47,423 bases of DNA from a virus (Duplodnaviria > Caudoviricetes). The stretch spans positions 1 to 47,423 of IMG/VR virus record IMGVR_UViG_3300027749_000176. One strand, given 5' to 3'. This document shows positions 10,015-19,820 of this stretch, piece after piece. Each line of letters opens with the position of its first letter. Position 1 is the first letter of the stretch. The translations under genes were made by a program, and so were the position numbers. The notes under the pieces are model-generated. The model was not told where the DNA came from and did not search any database. It saw only the letters and a program-made list of their open reading frames with translations.

Positions 10015-10198
10015 TCACTCAACTCGGTGTGTTCCCTCCGTATGGGAATGGCTTGGTGGAAGCCGCAAACATTCACTAACACAGGCCGCAAACAGAAGCT
10101 AGAGCGTGCCGCTAGCGACACCAACCAAACTTCGTATCGTGACTGCACGCAGTCGCTGTACACCCTTGGGGTTGTCGCTACCACAATTGGTTGTGACT
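10013..10198 (+). ncRNA. Candidate structured RNA / 5' leader of the major capsid gene
   Basis: Multiple complementary segments (detailed in findings) in a GC-richer intergenic stretch between a promoter-like element and the capsid ATG at 10225. Confidence 0.5.
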
Positions 10199-10224
10199 CC
10201 TTCAAGTCAACCAAACTAAATAAT

Positions 10225-11553
10225 ATGGCTAGTCAAGGAACTGGGGTAGGTAACTCTGCTGTTGCAAACAGCGGGTACATCCCCAACACAGATACGGCTC
10301 CAGTAAATTACTCCAATCTTGGAGCTTCTACTAATGCGAGCGCAAACTTCAGCAATTGTATTCCACTTGCTACGATCCAGAATTTCGCTTCGAAGGATGT
10401 CTCGCGCATCATCGGACAGATTGCAAAGGTTCTTGCTCGTAAGTCCCCCTACATCAACTCCATCGACGGCGGAACTATTCCTAACGTCTCGGATGTTGTC
10501 CGTAGTGTTGTCGAGGAAATGGCAGTCCCTGTCGCTTCTCTCGCTTCTCCTACGTTCGTGGATGACACTACGCTTTGCGGCGTCGGTGCTGCCGCTGATC
10601 AAGTGGGATCGACCGAATACCAGTTCAGCTTGCAAACCCTTCGTGGTGCTGGCCCTCGTATTTGCGTCAAGCAGGCTCGTACGGCGTTCAAGGGAAGCTA
10701 TCTTCAGGCTCAAGTCAGCCTTGAGAAGAGCATCCTCCAGATCATCAACGCTGACATCCGTTATCAGTATCTCATCCAGTCTGGTGTGAAGTATGTGGTC
10801 AATTCGACCCAGTCCTTCACCTCCAACCTCACGGGTGATATGCAGCAGATCAACACCAAGTTCGCTCAGATTCTTCCTGACTCTGCTCTGAACTTCAAGA
10901 CGCTCTATCGCATCGGAACCTTCCTTCGTGAAGAGATGCTTGCAGAGCCTTTTGCCTCCAAAGAGGGTGAGTTCTTCCAAGTCATGCTCTCCGCTGACGC
11001 CATCGAAAACATCCGCAACGATGCGGACGTCAAAGAGGATCTCCTCTATTTGACCGCTGGTTCGTTCAAGCTGGGTGAGGACAGCATCAGTGGCTATCAG
11101 TTCCAAGGATATCGTGGATTTGCTTTTGGTATTGACCAACAGCCTCTCCGCGCCTCTGGTTTTGACGGCAACGGAAACCTTGTCCTGATCAACCCAATCG
11201 TTAGCTCGGCTGTCACGAACGGCTTCGCTCAACGCCGTAACCCATCATGGGTTGCAGCTAACTACGAGGTTGGTTTCGTCATCGCTGGTGACGCCTTCAA
11301 GCGTCTTGTACCAGAGCAGTACGTTGGCGAGGGAACCTTCAGGTTTGCTCCTCAACTCGCTATGGGTGAGCTTGAGTGGACGTACTTCCGCGACAACGAT
11401 TGCAATCTCTACGGAGATTTCGGTCAGCACATCTATCAGATCCAACGTGCGATCCAGCCAGTGAGGCCGCAGAATGTGGTTCCTGTCTTGTACAAGCGTT
11501 GCCCATTTGATGGTGCGCCTCTTCCTTGCTCGACCAGTTCGACTGGCCTGTAA
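10225..11553 (+). CDS. Major capsid protein (start re-assigned to ATG 10225)
   Basis: 442 aa, strongly biased codon usage that yields a long antisense shadow ORF, follows scaffold, followed by a strong hairpin. The ATG has the A-rich leader AAACTAAATAAT typical of this genome. Confidence 0.75.
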   Translation: MASQGTGVGNSAVANSGYIPNTDTAPVNYSNLGASTNASANFSNCIPLATIQNFASKDVSRIIGQIAKVLARKSPYINSIDGGTIPNVSDVVRSVVEEMAVPVASLASPTFVDDTTLCGVGAAADQVGSTEYQFSLQTLRGAGPRICVKQARTAFKGSYLQAQVSLEKSILQIINADIRYQYLIQSGVKYVVNSTQSFTSNLTGDMQQINTKFAQILPDSALNFKTLYRIGTFLREEMLAEPFASKEGEFFQVMLSADAIENIRNDADVKEDLLYLTAGSFKLGEDSISGYQFQGYRGFAFGIDQQPLRASGFDGNGNLVLINPIVSSAVTNGFAQRRNPSWVAANYEVGFVIAGDAFKRLVPEQYVGEGTFRFAPQLAMGELEWTYFRDNDCNLYGDFGQHIYQIQRAIQPVRPQNVVPVLYKRCPFDGAPLPCSTSSTGL

Positions 11554-11569
11554 TAGGTAGCTAGTTATC

Positions 11570-11605
11570 GGTGGCTGATGCAGGATAAAACTTGCATCAG
11601 CCACC
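11570..11605 (+). terminator. Strong hairpin after capsid gene (terminator or stabiliser)
   Basis: GGTGGCTGATGCA 11570-11582/TGCATCAGCCACC 11593-11605, perfect 13-bp stem; no immediate U-tract. Confidence 0.65.
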
Positions 11606-11640
11606 TCAACTGACTATTTTTCCAACAAAACCTAATTACC

Positions 11641-12789
11641 ATGTCACAATTTCCTGAATTCACCTCTAATCTCTCAACGGCAAACTGGCGCGCAAGTGTT
11701 CTTGCTTACCTACAGGGAATAACCAATGGAACTTACGCCGATTATGTAAAGCTAGCAGCACCTATTCCTGCTGGGACAAATAGCATTGGAACCGTTGGAC
11801 TTAATACTGGAACAAACAGCATCGGAGTTGTTGGTCTTAATGCTGGAACAAACAGCGTTGGAACCGTTGGACTTAATACTGGGACTAATTTCATTGGTAG
11901 TGTGAATCCAGACTCTACTGGAAGCGGCTCAGTAACGACTAGCACGCCCCTTGTTATTACAACCACAAGTTTTGGCACTCTTGCATTTCAATCGGATGCC
12001 GTTGCAACTGGGACGGTAACAATCGAAGCGTCTGTTGATGGAACAAATTATACCGCTACAACTTATGCCGCTCTAACTACTGGAAATACGTCTTCTAGTT
12101 TTAACGCTGCAACAGCAACCATTGGTCAGATTGATACCTCTGGGTTTAAAAACATCAGATTTAGGTCTAACACAATTGTTGGCACTGTAGGAATCACTTA
12201 CAATTTAAGCAAAAACGTCAGCAATGTGATGCTTGATAATCCCCTTCCTGCTGGAAGCAATGTGATTGGGGCTGTCACCTCAAATAACTCTGAGATCAAG
12301 GTTCAATCATCTTTCACTCGTCCAGCAAACACTACGGCATATGTGAGCGGTTATCTTGTAGCTAACAGCACCACTGCTGGTTCCGTAGTTGCTCTTTCTT
12401 TTGCGTCTGTATCTAGGAATGCTGGAGATTGCGTGAGAATTGAGAGGGCTAGGATCAACACGAGTAATGCTCTGCTTACCAACGCTAGCTTTAGGCTGCA
12501 CCTATTTGAAGGAACGCCTGTTCCCACAGTAGGTGATGGGGCTGCATTTAATGCTTCTGGAGTCCTTTCAACATCTGGTGTAGCTGGATACCTTGGAAGT
12601 ATTTCCATAACCCTTTCAAACTCTGGAAGTGATGGATCAAGCGGCAGGGGTGTTCCTGATGTTGGGAGTGCCATAACGGCATCTCCGACAAGCGGAACAA
12701 CCATTTATGGTCTACTTGAAGCCACCGCAGCATATGTTCCAACAAGTGGTGCTGTATTCACAGTATCTCTTGAAGGGTATCGCCCTTAA
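11641..12789 (+). CDS. Virion decoration/fibre-like protein
   Basis: Thr/Ser/Gly-rich beta composition; LPAGTNxIG-type repeats; FTRPANTTAY motif. Confidence 0.7.
   Translation: MSQFPEFTSNLSTANWRASVLAYLQGITNGTYADYVKLAAPIPAGTNSIGTVGLNTGTNSIGVVGLNAGTNSVGTVGLNTGTNFIGSVNPDSTGSGSVTTSTPLVITTTSFGTLAFQSDAVATGTVTIEASVDGTNYTATTYAALTTGNTSSSFNAATATIGQIDTSGFKNIRFRSNTIVGTVGITYNLSKNVSNVMLDNPLPAGSNVIGAVTSNNSEIKVQSSFTRPANTTAYVSGYLVANSTTAGSVVALSFASVSRNAGDCVRIERARINTSNALLTNASFRLHLFEGTPVPTVGDGAAFNASGVLSTSGVAGYLGSISITLSNSGSDGSSGRGVPDVGSAITASPTSGTTIYGLLEATAAYVPTSGAVFTVSLEGYRP
11770..11898 (+). repeat. 36-nt coding tandem repeat (about 3.6 copies)
   Basis: AGTNSIGTVGLN-TGTNSIGVVGLN-AGTNSVGTVGLN-TGTNFIG. Confidence 0.85.
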
Positions 12790-12794
12790 TTAGC

Positions 12795-14228
12795 ATGAGC
12801 GGATTTCCGATTATATTCGGAGGTGGTTTTGACCCAAATGCCCTAGCCTACTTTACCACGGCGGGAATTGGAACTGAGGCGGTCACCCCTACGGCATATG
12901 ATTCTGCCGCTAGTTTTAATGGTAGCACTCAGTATTTGACGACACCTAGCTTTTCGCAGACTGGATCGTTTACTATATCTTTGTGGGTTTATCCCACAAG
13001 TTCCACATATAATGGGATTTTAGTTAAAGGCACTTTTTCAGCGTATGATTGGCAAATTTTTACTATTGGAACTAATGTGTACCTTCAAGGGGGAACTGGT
13101 CAGGCAGTTTCAATCAACACGCCAATAACTTTGAATGCTTGGAATCACCTTGTTGTGACTTACGATTCTTCTACTTTGATAAAAACAATTAGAGTTAATA
13201 ACGGAACGGCTGTGTCTAATACTGGCACTGGCACGATGCCAAATAGTTATTCTGTTATTATCCTTGCATATATGTATGCATTGGTGGCGTTAACAGGAAA
13301 CGCCGCAGGGATGGGATATTGGAGCCGAGTCCTTTCATCCACTGAAATCACCTCCCTTTACAACGGAGGCATTGGCCTTACTTACTCTGGCATTCAGGGT
13401 GCTGGACTCACCACAAACCTCGTCTCTTACTGGGCACTCAACCAAAATAGCGTCACGGCAGATTCAGCAGGATCAAATACCCTCACCAATACTGGAAGCG
13501 TAACGGCATCTGCCACCTCTCCAATAGCTTCTGCCACAGCTTCATCTCGTCAACTGATCAATTCCTTTGTTAAAGGCGTGAAAGGATTGGGACTCTGGTC
13601 AAACATGGTTTGCTGGCCTTTGAGGAGCAGTCAAAATGCCAATGGCACAACGGCTTATTCACTCGGTGGTGCTGGAACCTATAATGGAACACTAACTAAC
13701 ATTCCCGTAGGTAATTGGACATCAACAGGATTACTTAACTCGTCAACAGGCTATGTCACCACAACTCTTTTAACTGGAAGCACTGCGTCAAATAATTTTA
13801 TTGTTGTTAACGAAATTGTTAATGGCTCTAAAACTTATTATGGAGATTTAACTTCGTCTAACTCAAAAGGAGCTAGGGCAAGAGACGATCAGTTTCTTGT
13901 AGGAAATGGAACTTCTTACACATCAATTCCATATTCAGCAACTAGCTTAAATAATTTCAAATCTCTTAATTATGATGTGACCGCATCTACTGCGACAGTG
14001 TATTTGAATGGATCTAGTATTGCAACTGGATCTTTAACTGTACTGCCCCCAGCATCAACAATTCCAATTTCATTTTTAGCGGCTAATGATGCTGGAAGTG
14101 TTGCTCAATACATGCTAGGAACGATGTCATTTTATATGTGGCAAAATACAAATTTAAGTTTTAGCTCTACTGCTTCGCTTTACTCTCTTTACAAACAAAC
14201 AATTGGACAAGGATTGGGATTACCATAA
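12795..14228 (+). CDS. LamG/concanavalin-A-like domain virion protein
   Basis: SFNGSTQYL..FTISLWVYP..NAWNHLVVTYD..VLSSTEITSLYN, with a second degenerate LamG-like half. Confidence 0.8.
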   Translation: MSGFPIIFGGGFDPNALAYFTTAGIGTEAVTPTAYDSAASFNGSTQYLTTPSFSQTGSFTISLWVYPTSSTYNGILVKGTFSAYDWQIFTIGTNVYLQGGTGQAVSINTPITLNAWNHLVVTYDSSTLIKTIRVNNGTAVSNTGTGTMPNSYSVIILAYMYALVALTGNAAGMGYWSRVLSSTEITSLYNGGIGLTYSGIQGAGLTTNLVSYWALNQNSVTADSAGSNTLTNTGSVTASATSPIASATASSRQLINSFVKGVKGLGLWSNMVCWPLRSSQNANGTTAYSLGGAGTYNGTLTNIPVGNWTSTGLLNSSTGYVTTTLLTGSTASNNFIVVNEIVNGSKTYYGDLTSSNSKGARARDDQFLVGNGTSYTSIPYSATSLNNFKSLNYDVTASTATVYLNGSSIATGSLTVLPPASTIPISFLAANDAGSVAQYMLGTMSFYMWQNTNLSFSSTASLYSLYKQTIGQGLGLP

Positions 14229-14524
14229 TGAGAACTTTTTCTTCTTTATATCCATTACAAGATGCCAGTTCATTGCCTTGGGCGTGGGAATTGTCTTCAA
14301 CTCCTGAATGCATTCCTGTTTGGGGGGGTAATATACGACCCACTCCTCAATTTAATTCTTATAACATTGATGAAACAGGATGTCCAATAGGTGTAGGAAA
14401 CCCCATCTCCTACACATGGGAAGCACTCCTCGATCCTGCCGACACCCCATTGCCTGATTGGATCACGGAAACGACTCCTTCAAATGCTATTGAAGATCAA
14501 TTAAATCCTGCTACAACAAACTAA
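14228..14524 (+). CDS. Hypothetical protein
   Basis: TAATG overlaps on both sides. Confidence 0.65.
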   Translation: MRTFSSLYPLQDASSLPWAWELSSTPECIPVWGGNIRPTPQFNSYNIDETGCPIGVGNPISYTWEALLDPADTPLPDWITETTPSNAIEDQLNPATTN

Positions 14525-14685
14525 TGAACGCATCTGGACAATCTCCCCTTTTAGGGTCTGCTACAAGTTTGACATTTTTGTTTTTTTCTATTGTGCCAGA
14601 GGTTCCTCCACTTGCTCAATGGATCTGCCTTGGTCTTTCTGCTTTAGCTTCAATCCTAACAATCATCAAAAACGCAAGCCGATGA
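14524..14685 (+). CDS. Small two-TM holin-like protein (53 aa; not in ORF track)
   Basis: MNASGQSPLLGSATSLTFLFFSIVPEVPPLAQWICLGLSALASILTIIKNASR; TAATG and ATGA overlaps with neighbours. Confidence 0.6.
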   Translation: MNASGQSPLLGSATSLTFLFFSIVPEVPPLAQWICLGLSALASILTIIKNASR

Positions 14686-14873
14686 AAAAAAACTTGGAAG
14701 CATTGATTCCTCTGCTTGGAACACTTCTCATGGTTTTTGGTGGGTGCGCTCATAATCCAACCACAATTTCGGTAGCTCCTGCGGTGGACAATATTAGCGC
14801 AATTCAAGGCAACCTTTCTGCGGTTGACAATAAAGCAATAGTAATTCAACAATGGTTAAAAACACAGAAATGA
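14682..14873 (+). CDS. Lipoprotein, o-spanin-like (start re-assigned to 14682)
   Basis: MKKNLEALIPLLGTLLMVFGG-C signal peptide with lipobox-like Cys, inside the lysis cassette. Confidence 0.6.
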   Translation: MKKNLEALIPLLGTLLMVFGGCAHNPTTISVAPAVDNISAIQGNLSAVDNKAIVIQQWLKTQK

Positions 14874-15307
14874 ATAAACTAGCATTAGCAATTTTATTTG
14901 TCATGGCGGTAGCAGTTCAGGCTACAACTATAACTAAAAATGACATTATCAAAACAATCGAACACCAGCGTCAATTAGTCCATGAGGCACAAGATCAAGC
15001 TACCGCAGCTAAAAGCGAGCTAGTGGGCGTGCAGGAAGCAATAAACACACAGACAGCAAAGCTGCACGACACAGAAAACAAGCTAGATGTCGCTACCAAG
15101 GAGCTTTCTACCGCAAAACATCACCTGCATATGCTTCTTTTACTTTGCTCAAGCCTTATCGGGTTCATTGTATTTACTGGCGTACTTCGCTTCTCGTCCA
15201 CTCTGCTTGCGTTCTACCCTCCTGCGCTAGCTGAGTCGTGGTTAATATCTGTTGGGGCGGGCTTCATAGCAGGGGGGGCGGCATGGAGCCTTCTGGGTCA
15301 TCTGTAA
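14870..15307 (+). CDS. Membrane coiled-coil protein, spanin-like
   Basis: Signal-like N-terminus, central coiled coil, two C-terminal hydrophobic helices; ATGA overlap at 14870. Confidence 0.55.
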   Translation: MNKLALAILFVMAVAVQATTITKNDIIKTIEHQRQLVHEAQDQATAAKSELVGVQEAINTQTAKLHDTENKLDVATKELSTAKHHLHMLLLLCSSLIGFIVFTGVLRFSSTLLAFYPPALAESWLISVGAGFIAGGAAWSLLGHL

Positions 15308-15672
15308 TCAAGCAGAAGCTAGAGCAGAGACCTCTAGACAGCAAAAAGTGTCTCTATGCGATTTTCGGATCGTTGTGTGTTCTTCTTGTTTTCTCTGGTT
15401 CTGCGTTCCTGATTCTGACCCATGCGGAGGCCGCCAAGGAGATAGTGGAACTCGCAAACTTGGTCGTGATGTTCTTTGGTGCGGTTGTGACGACACTCAT
15501 TACAGGGACAGCCGTAATGGACTGGAAGGCGGTCACGGCATTGCAGCACATTGATGAATCCTCTAACCAACGTATTGAAAGCAATCAAGCACTTCCACAA
15601 TACCAATCAAACACTACGGAATTACGGCGAGACCCAAAAGATTATCTGATAGCGCATGACACCACGTTTTAG
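15283..15672 (+). CDS. Two-TM membrane protein, holin-like
   Basis: DSKK followed by two hydrophobic segments, directly before the lysozyme. Start uncertain (15238 or 15283). Confidence 0.55.
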   Translation: MEPSGSSVIKQKLEQRPLDSKKCLYAIFGSLCVLLVFSGSAFLILTHAEAAKEIVELANLVVMFFGAVVTTLITGTAVMDWKAVTALQHIDESSNQRIESNQALPQYQSNTTELRRDPKDYLIAHDTTF

Positions 15673-16141
15673 TAACTTCCTGCCCTTCATATTCCAGCAT
15701 GAATGCGTATTTGCAAGGGGCCACTATGGTGATTACAATTACGTCATTGCAGAGGAGGTTCAGGGAGATGATGGTGGCGTAACAAAGTGGGGATGCGACT
15801 TCCGAGAGTTCAGTGAGGCTCCATTCAAGTTAACAAAAGACGACATCAGAAATCTCACTTGTGACAAGGCAACAAAATTATACTGGTACAACTGGGATAA
15901 GTACCATGTTGACCATATGCCAGAAAAAGTTGGTGAGGTATGGTTCAATTGTAAGATTGTTAGCGGCGCACCTCAAGCGTACAAGATCCTGTACAGGACT
16001 GGCAACGATGCCGCTAAATTTATTGCCGACCAAAAACGAGTAAATTCTTTGATAATAAAAGCACATCCGAACGATAAAAAATTCTTGGCTGGGTGGAACA
16101 ATCGTCTCGACGATCTAACAAAATATCTGCATATCACATAG
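15656..16141 (+). CDS. Endolysin, glycoside hydrolase family 108-like
   Basis: FIFQHE..DDGGVTKWG..DIRNLT..A.KLYW..W and C-terminal KFLAGWNNRL. Confidence 0.8.
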   Translation: MTPRFSNFLPFIFQHECVFARGHYGDYNYVIAEEVQGDDGGVTKWGCDFREFSEAPFKLTKDDIRNLTCDKATKLYWYNWDKYHVDHMPEKVGEVWFNCKIVSGAPQAYKILYRTGNDAAKFIADQKRVNSLIIKAHPNDKKFLAGWNNRLDDLTKYLHIT

Positions 16142-16410
16142 AAGTGAAACGCAACAAACCAAACAACGTAACAAACGAAGAATGGGAGGCGATAAACAAG
16201 GCGATACAAGTAATCTCCGAACACTTTTTGAATACGGCATTGTTTATTAACTGGGTAGATGAGGAAGGGGAAACCCAGCACTGCGAGATATTTGATGGAA
16301 ATGGATTCGCTTTAGAAAACCACATTGAAAAGTGGGTTGATGGTGATTTTCTTCCAGATGAATTTGATGATGACGACGACGATGACAAGCCCAAAAAGGC
16401 AAAGGTGTAA
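16093..16410 (+). CDS. Hypothetical acidic-tailed protein
   Basis: ORF with poly-Asp tail; the true start may be GTG 16144. Confidence 0.6.
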   Translation: MEQSSRRSNKISAYHIEVKRNKPNNVTNEEWEAINKAIQVISEHFLNTALFINWVDEEGETQHCEIFDGNGFALENHIEKWVDGDFLPDEFDDDDDDDKPKKAKV

Positions 16411-16462
16411 ATATATGCATTTAGTCTTTACAAAAAACTATCAGTGATCAATATTTGCGGAT

Positions 16463-17245
16463 ATGTCATGTGGATGTAACAATAATTCTAATGGCGATCC
16501 TTTTGGGTATAGTCCGTATGGAAGTGCCTGTGCGCCAGAGCTTCCATATCCTCAAGTTTCAGCAGAGTCAGTCCCATCGCTAATTAGCAATTTGACCTAC
16601 GCTCTTTATGGAACGATTACAAAATCAGTAGTCAACGGACAGATTATTTGGACTACCCAATGTGATCCAAGCTCCACGGCAACAATAAATGGATTTCCAC
16701 GAAATGATGGTGAGGGTCTTTTGTGTTATTTGTTAAGGTTTTTCAATTACATCGGAGTAAACACAATAACTCCCGTTAATTTTAGCGGACAACTTTTGGG
16801 AGATGTTACAGGAACTCAAGCTGCGACATCTGTTGTAAAAGTAAATGGAGCTTCATTGCCAACATCAGCAACAGTTGTGGGAACAGATCCCTACGGAAAA
16901 ATTGTAAATAATACAACATTATTTCCATCTATTCCACGATCCATAAATAATGTTTCTACTGCGACATATACATTTGCTTCGGGGGATCTTGGTGCGGTAA
17001 CAGTTTTCAATCTAAATGCTACAACAACGGCAACAATTCCCACCTACTCCTCCGTTCCTTTTGTTTATGGTCAAAGACTTGAGGTAATTGCAAATGGGAC
17101 AGGTCACGTTCATATCGTTGGTGCTAGCGGAGTCACTATAAATTCTGCAAACGGAACATATCTACGAACTCAATACTCTAGCGGACACCTAATTTATACG
17201 GGAATTAACATTTGGAACGCTGTCGGTGACTTTGCAACTTCATAA
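16463..17245 (+). CDS. Tail fibre-like protein 1
   Basis: Cys-containing N-terminal domain shared with the next gene; LLGDVTG fibre motif; C-terminal GVTINS..LRTQYS..W.AVGD beta domain. Confidence 0.7.
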   Translation: MSCGCNNNSNGDPFGYSPYGSACAPELPYPQVSAESVPSLISNLTYALYGTITKSVVNGQIIWTTQCDPSSTATINGFPRNDGEGLLCYLLRFFNYIGVNTITPVNFSGQLLGDVTGTQAATSVVKVNGASLPTSATVVGTDPYGKIVNNTTLFPSIPRSINNVSTATYTFASGDLGAVTVFNLNATTTATIPTYSSVPFVYGQRLEVIANGTGHVHIVGASGVTINSANGTYLRTQYSSGHLIYTGINIWNAVGDFATS

Positions 17246-17268
17246 TACCATCCCAACACAACAAAAGA

Positions 17269-19770
17269 ATGTCCTGCCAACCAAATAAAACTACCTACGG
17301 AAGTGTTTGTCGCCCAGATATTCCATATCCACAAATATCAGCAGAGTCAGTTCCTAGTTTAATTTCTAATTTGACCTATGCGTTATATGGACAAATTGGG
17401 AAAAGCGTTTTAAATGGAAGAGTCGTCTGGAACGTCCCATGCGACCCAAACAATACTGCCTCCATTGCAGGATTTCCAAGAAAGGCTGGAGAAGGATTGC
17501 TTTGTTACATCTTGAGAGTATTGCCTAACCTTCCTACAAATAATGGGGGTGGTGGCGGTGGTGATCTTGCTAATGCAACCACCCTTTATCCTAAAAACTT
17601 TGGAGCAGTCGGAGATGGAAGTACTGATGATACTATTGCATTGATGAAAATGTTCGATGCAGTAGTTGATAATGATTATGTTGCTTATGATTTTGGAACA
17701 GGAACATACAAGGTTGCTTGGAATGCGTCACAAGTTGCTCCTGAGTATCAAGACTTGGCGGGGTTAGGAAATGGCATACTGCAAATTGGAGCAAGGGATA
17801 CGGATAAAATCTACAAAAAAATGTGGTTTTTGGGAAATGGCACGGCTTCAATAGTTGCTAATCAATTATCACTGAATCCGATTCTTGCGATTCGCTCAAA
17901 AGGGCAATCTCTTTATTTTCAACAACTTAATTTTACTAGGTTCGAGCATTGTGTTACTGGATCTGTAGATGTTCAGTATAGTTTACCGTTTTCTGGCGGG
18001 GCAGGACTTTTTATTTCTACGGAAGTTCCTTACACAAAAGTGGATGAAATTATTTTTGATGGATGCACATTCTCAAATTGCCATCGTTCGGTAACTGTAA
18101 TATCTGGAGAAAGCGGGGTTATAACCACCAAATATTCTACAGATATTCCTTACCCAAAACCTATTAACTGGGGGTGTATTGGATCGCTTGAATATAAATC
18201 TTGTAATTTTATTTATCCGTATGGATCAAATTCAGCTGTCACAGCGGGGGGTGGTCAGGGAACTCTTGCAGATAGTTCAGTTCAGGTAGCAAGATTTAAT
18301 AAGTGTTTTTTTGATGGGTGTGTTGGAGGCATTTTATCAGTTTCCCCAAATGGGCTTGCAGTAGATGGAATTATTACTGGGACTCCTCAACAATTAATTA
18401 TTGAAAATAGTTGTGAATTTAATAACGGAGGGGTTGAAATGGTATATCAAGAATCAGGGATACGGGCGTTTAGCCTTCTACCTAACGATTTTGTGGTTCC
18501 CCCGATTCGTGGGACTGTAGATGTAGGGGTTGGTCAATCTTGTTATTCTCTTGGGTTGAACACAGGACAGAAGTTCTTAATTAGCAGCATTACTACAAAT
18601 GAACTTTATTCTGGAGGAGCTGATTTTCCGTTTATTATTCAACAAGTTTTAGACGACAATACTATTAGGATAATTAACGATGGCAAGGCTCTCCCTCCTG
18701 TGGCGACAATCGTAATTAGCGGAACAACGGCAACCATTACATTTAATGCAATACACAACTTAATTTTGGCAGATCAGGTTACGTTAACTGGGTTTGTTGC
18801 CGCCACAAACTCCGCTAATCTAAACCTCACTAATACTCAGGTTGTAACAATCCCTAGCACAACTCAAATCACGATTGCGCTTCCTTCAACAAACACCCCA
18901 ACTGGCACGGTTAATACAAGCTCTGGTAAGGTTTCTGTTTTGAACGGAACCGATGTCGGACATCCAGCACCCGTGGGGACGACTATAAACTTGAGCGATG
19001 GTCGCCCCACTGCATGTTACTTTTACGATTGGAACCAATCAAGCAGAAGTGTTAAAATAGAAAACTTGAAAATAGGAGGGAATTTAATCTCTCCTGTCAC
19101 AAATACTGGAAAAGCCTATGCCCAACCAGCAATAAGAATTGATGATACAAACTTTAGCATAAAGCATGTTGATATAACTGGAAATGCGGGGTGTTTATTC
19201 ACTAGCAATAGTTCGACATTTACCAGCGATCTTTTGAACAACAACCCATTTGCACTTTCAGGATATATGTATGATTGTAGTTTTCATTTATATGATAACG
19301 TCCCTACTCATCAATTCACCTATGGAGTTCAGTGCTTTTTTTACCAAAACATTAAAATAGAGTATTGCGATTTTACTGTAAATGCTTGCTCTAATGTTTC
19401 TTTGGTTCAATTATGGGCATTAAGAAGTTGGGTTCAATATTGCAACTTTCGTTCAGGTGCTGCTGCCGCAAAAGTGATAACTAATCCCAAATTTGGTCAA
19501 AATAGTTCTGGTGTTTTTATTGGGAATAATGGTAATTACCTATATTCCTCTCAGGGTGTTGCGCCCCGAATTAATAACTGTTATTTTTACCAGTTAAATA
19601 AAGCAATAGATACTTCATATGGACAAACAAATAGATTGTCTTTAGGAATAAAAAATTCAACCGTTCCTTATGTAGACACAAATACCTACCAAAATATTTA
19701 TCAGCCAGTCAATGAGACCCTCTATAATTCAGACAAAACGATTTTTGGGGATGCATACACAAATGTTTGA
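17269..19770 (+). CDS. Tailspike with pectate-lyase-like beta-helix (putative depolymerase)
   Basis: KNFGAVGDGSTDDTIAL beta-helix entry motif; repeated xxFxxCxF rungs. Confidence 0.75.
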   Translation: MSCQPNKTTYGSVCRPDIPYPQISAESVPSLISNLTYALYGQIGKSVLNGRVVWNVPCDPNNTASIAGFPRKAGEGLLCYILRVLPNLPTNNGGGGGGDLANATTLYPKNFGAVGDGSTDDTIALMKMFDAVVDNDYVAYDFGTGTYKVAWNASQVAPEYQDLAGLGNGILQIGARDTDKIYKKMWFLGNGTASIVANQLSLNPILAIRSKGQSLYFQQLNFTRFEHCVTGSVDVQYSLPFSGGAGLFISTEVPYTKVDEIIFDGCTFSNCHRSVTVISGESGVITTKYSTDIPYPKPINWGCIGSLEYKSCNFIYPYGSNSAVTAGGGQGTLADSSVQVARFNKCFFDGCVGGILSVSPNGLAVDGIITGTPQQLIIENSCEFNNGGVEMVYQESGIRAFSLLPNDFVVPPIRGTVDVGVGQSCYSLGLNTGQKFLISSITTNELYSGGADFPFIIQQVLDDNTIRIINDGKALPPVATIVISGTTATITFNAIHNLILADQVTLTGFVAATNSANLNLTNTQVVTIPSTTQITIALPSTNTPTGTVNTSSGKVSVLNGTDVGHPAPVGTTINLSDGRPTACYFYDWNQSSRSVKIENLKIGGNLISPVTNTGKAYAQPAIRIDDTNFSIKHVDITGNAGCLFTSNSSTFTSDLLNNNPFALSGYMYDCSFHLYDNVPTHQFTYGVQCFFYQNIKIEYCDFTVNACSNVSLVQLWALRSWVQYCNFRSGAAAAKVITNPKFGQNSSGVFIGNNGNYLYSSQGVAPRINNCYFYQLNKAIDTSYGQTNRLSLGIKNSTVPYVDTNTYQNIYQPVNETLYNSDKTIFGDAYTNV

Positions 19771-19820
19771 TAAAGATTTGATTGAAACTTTTACCAACAA
19801 CCGATAAAACACTAGAACTT

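Noticed and set aside
10027-10224. 66-aa N-terminal extension of the capsid protein from GTG 10027
   Set aside because: Composition unlike the rest of the protein; ATG 10225 has the genome-typical leader; the region is better explained as structured RNA.
10216-11232. 338-aa minus-strand ORF antisense to the capsid gene
   Set aside because: In-register shadow explained by biased codon usage of the capsid gene; no recognisable motifs.
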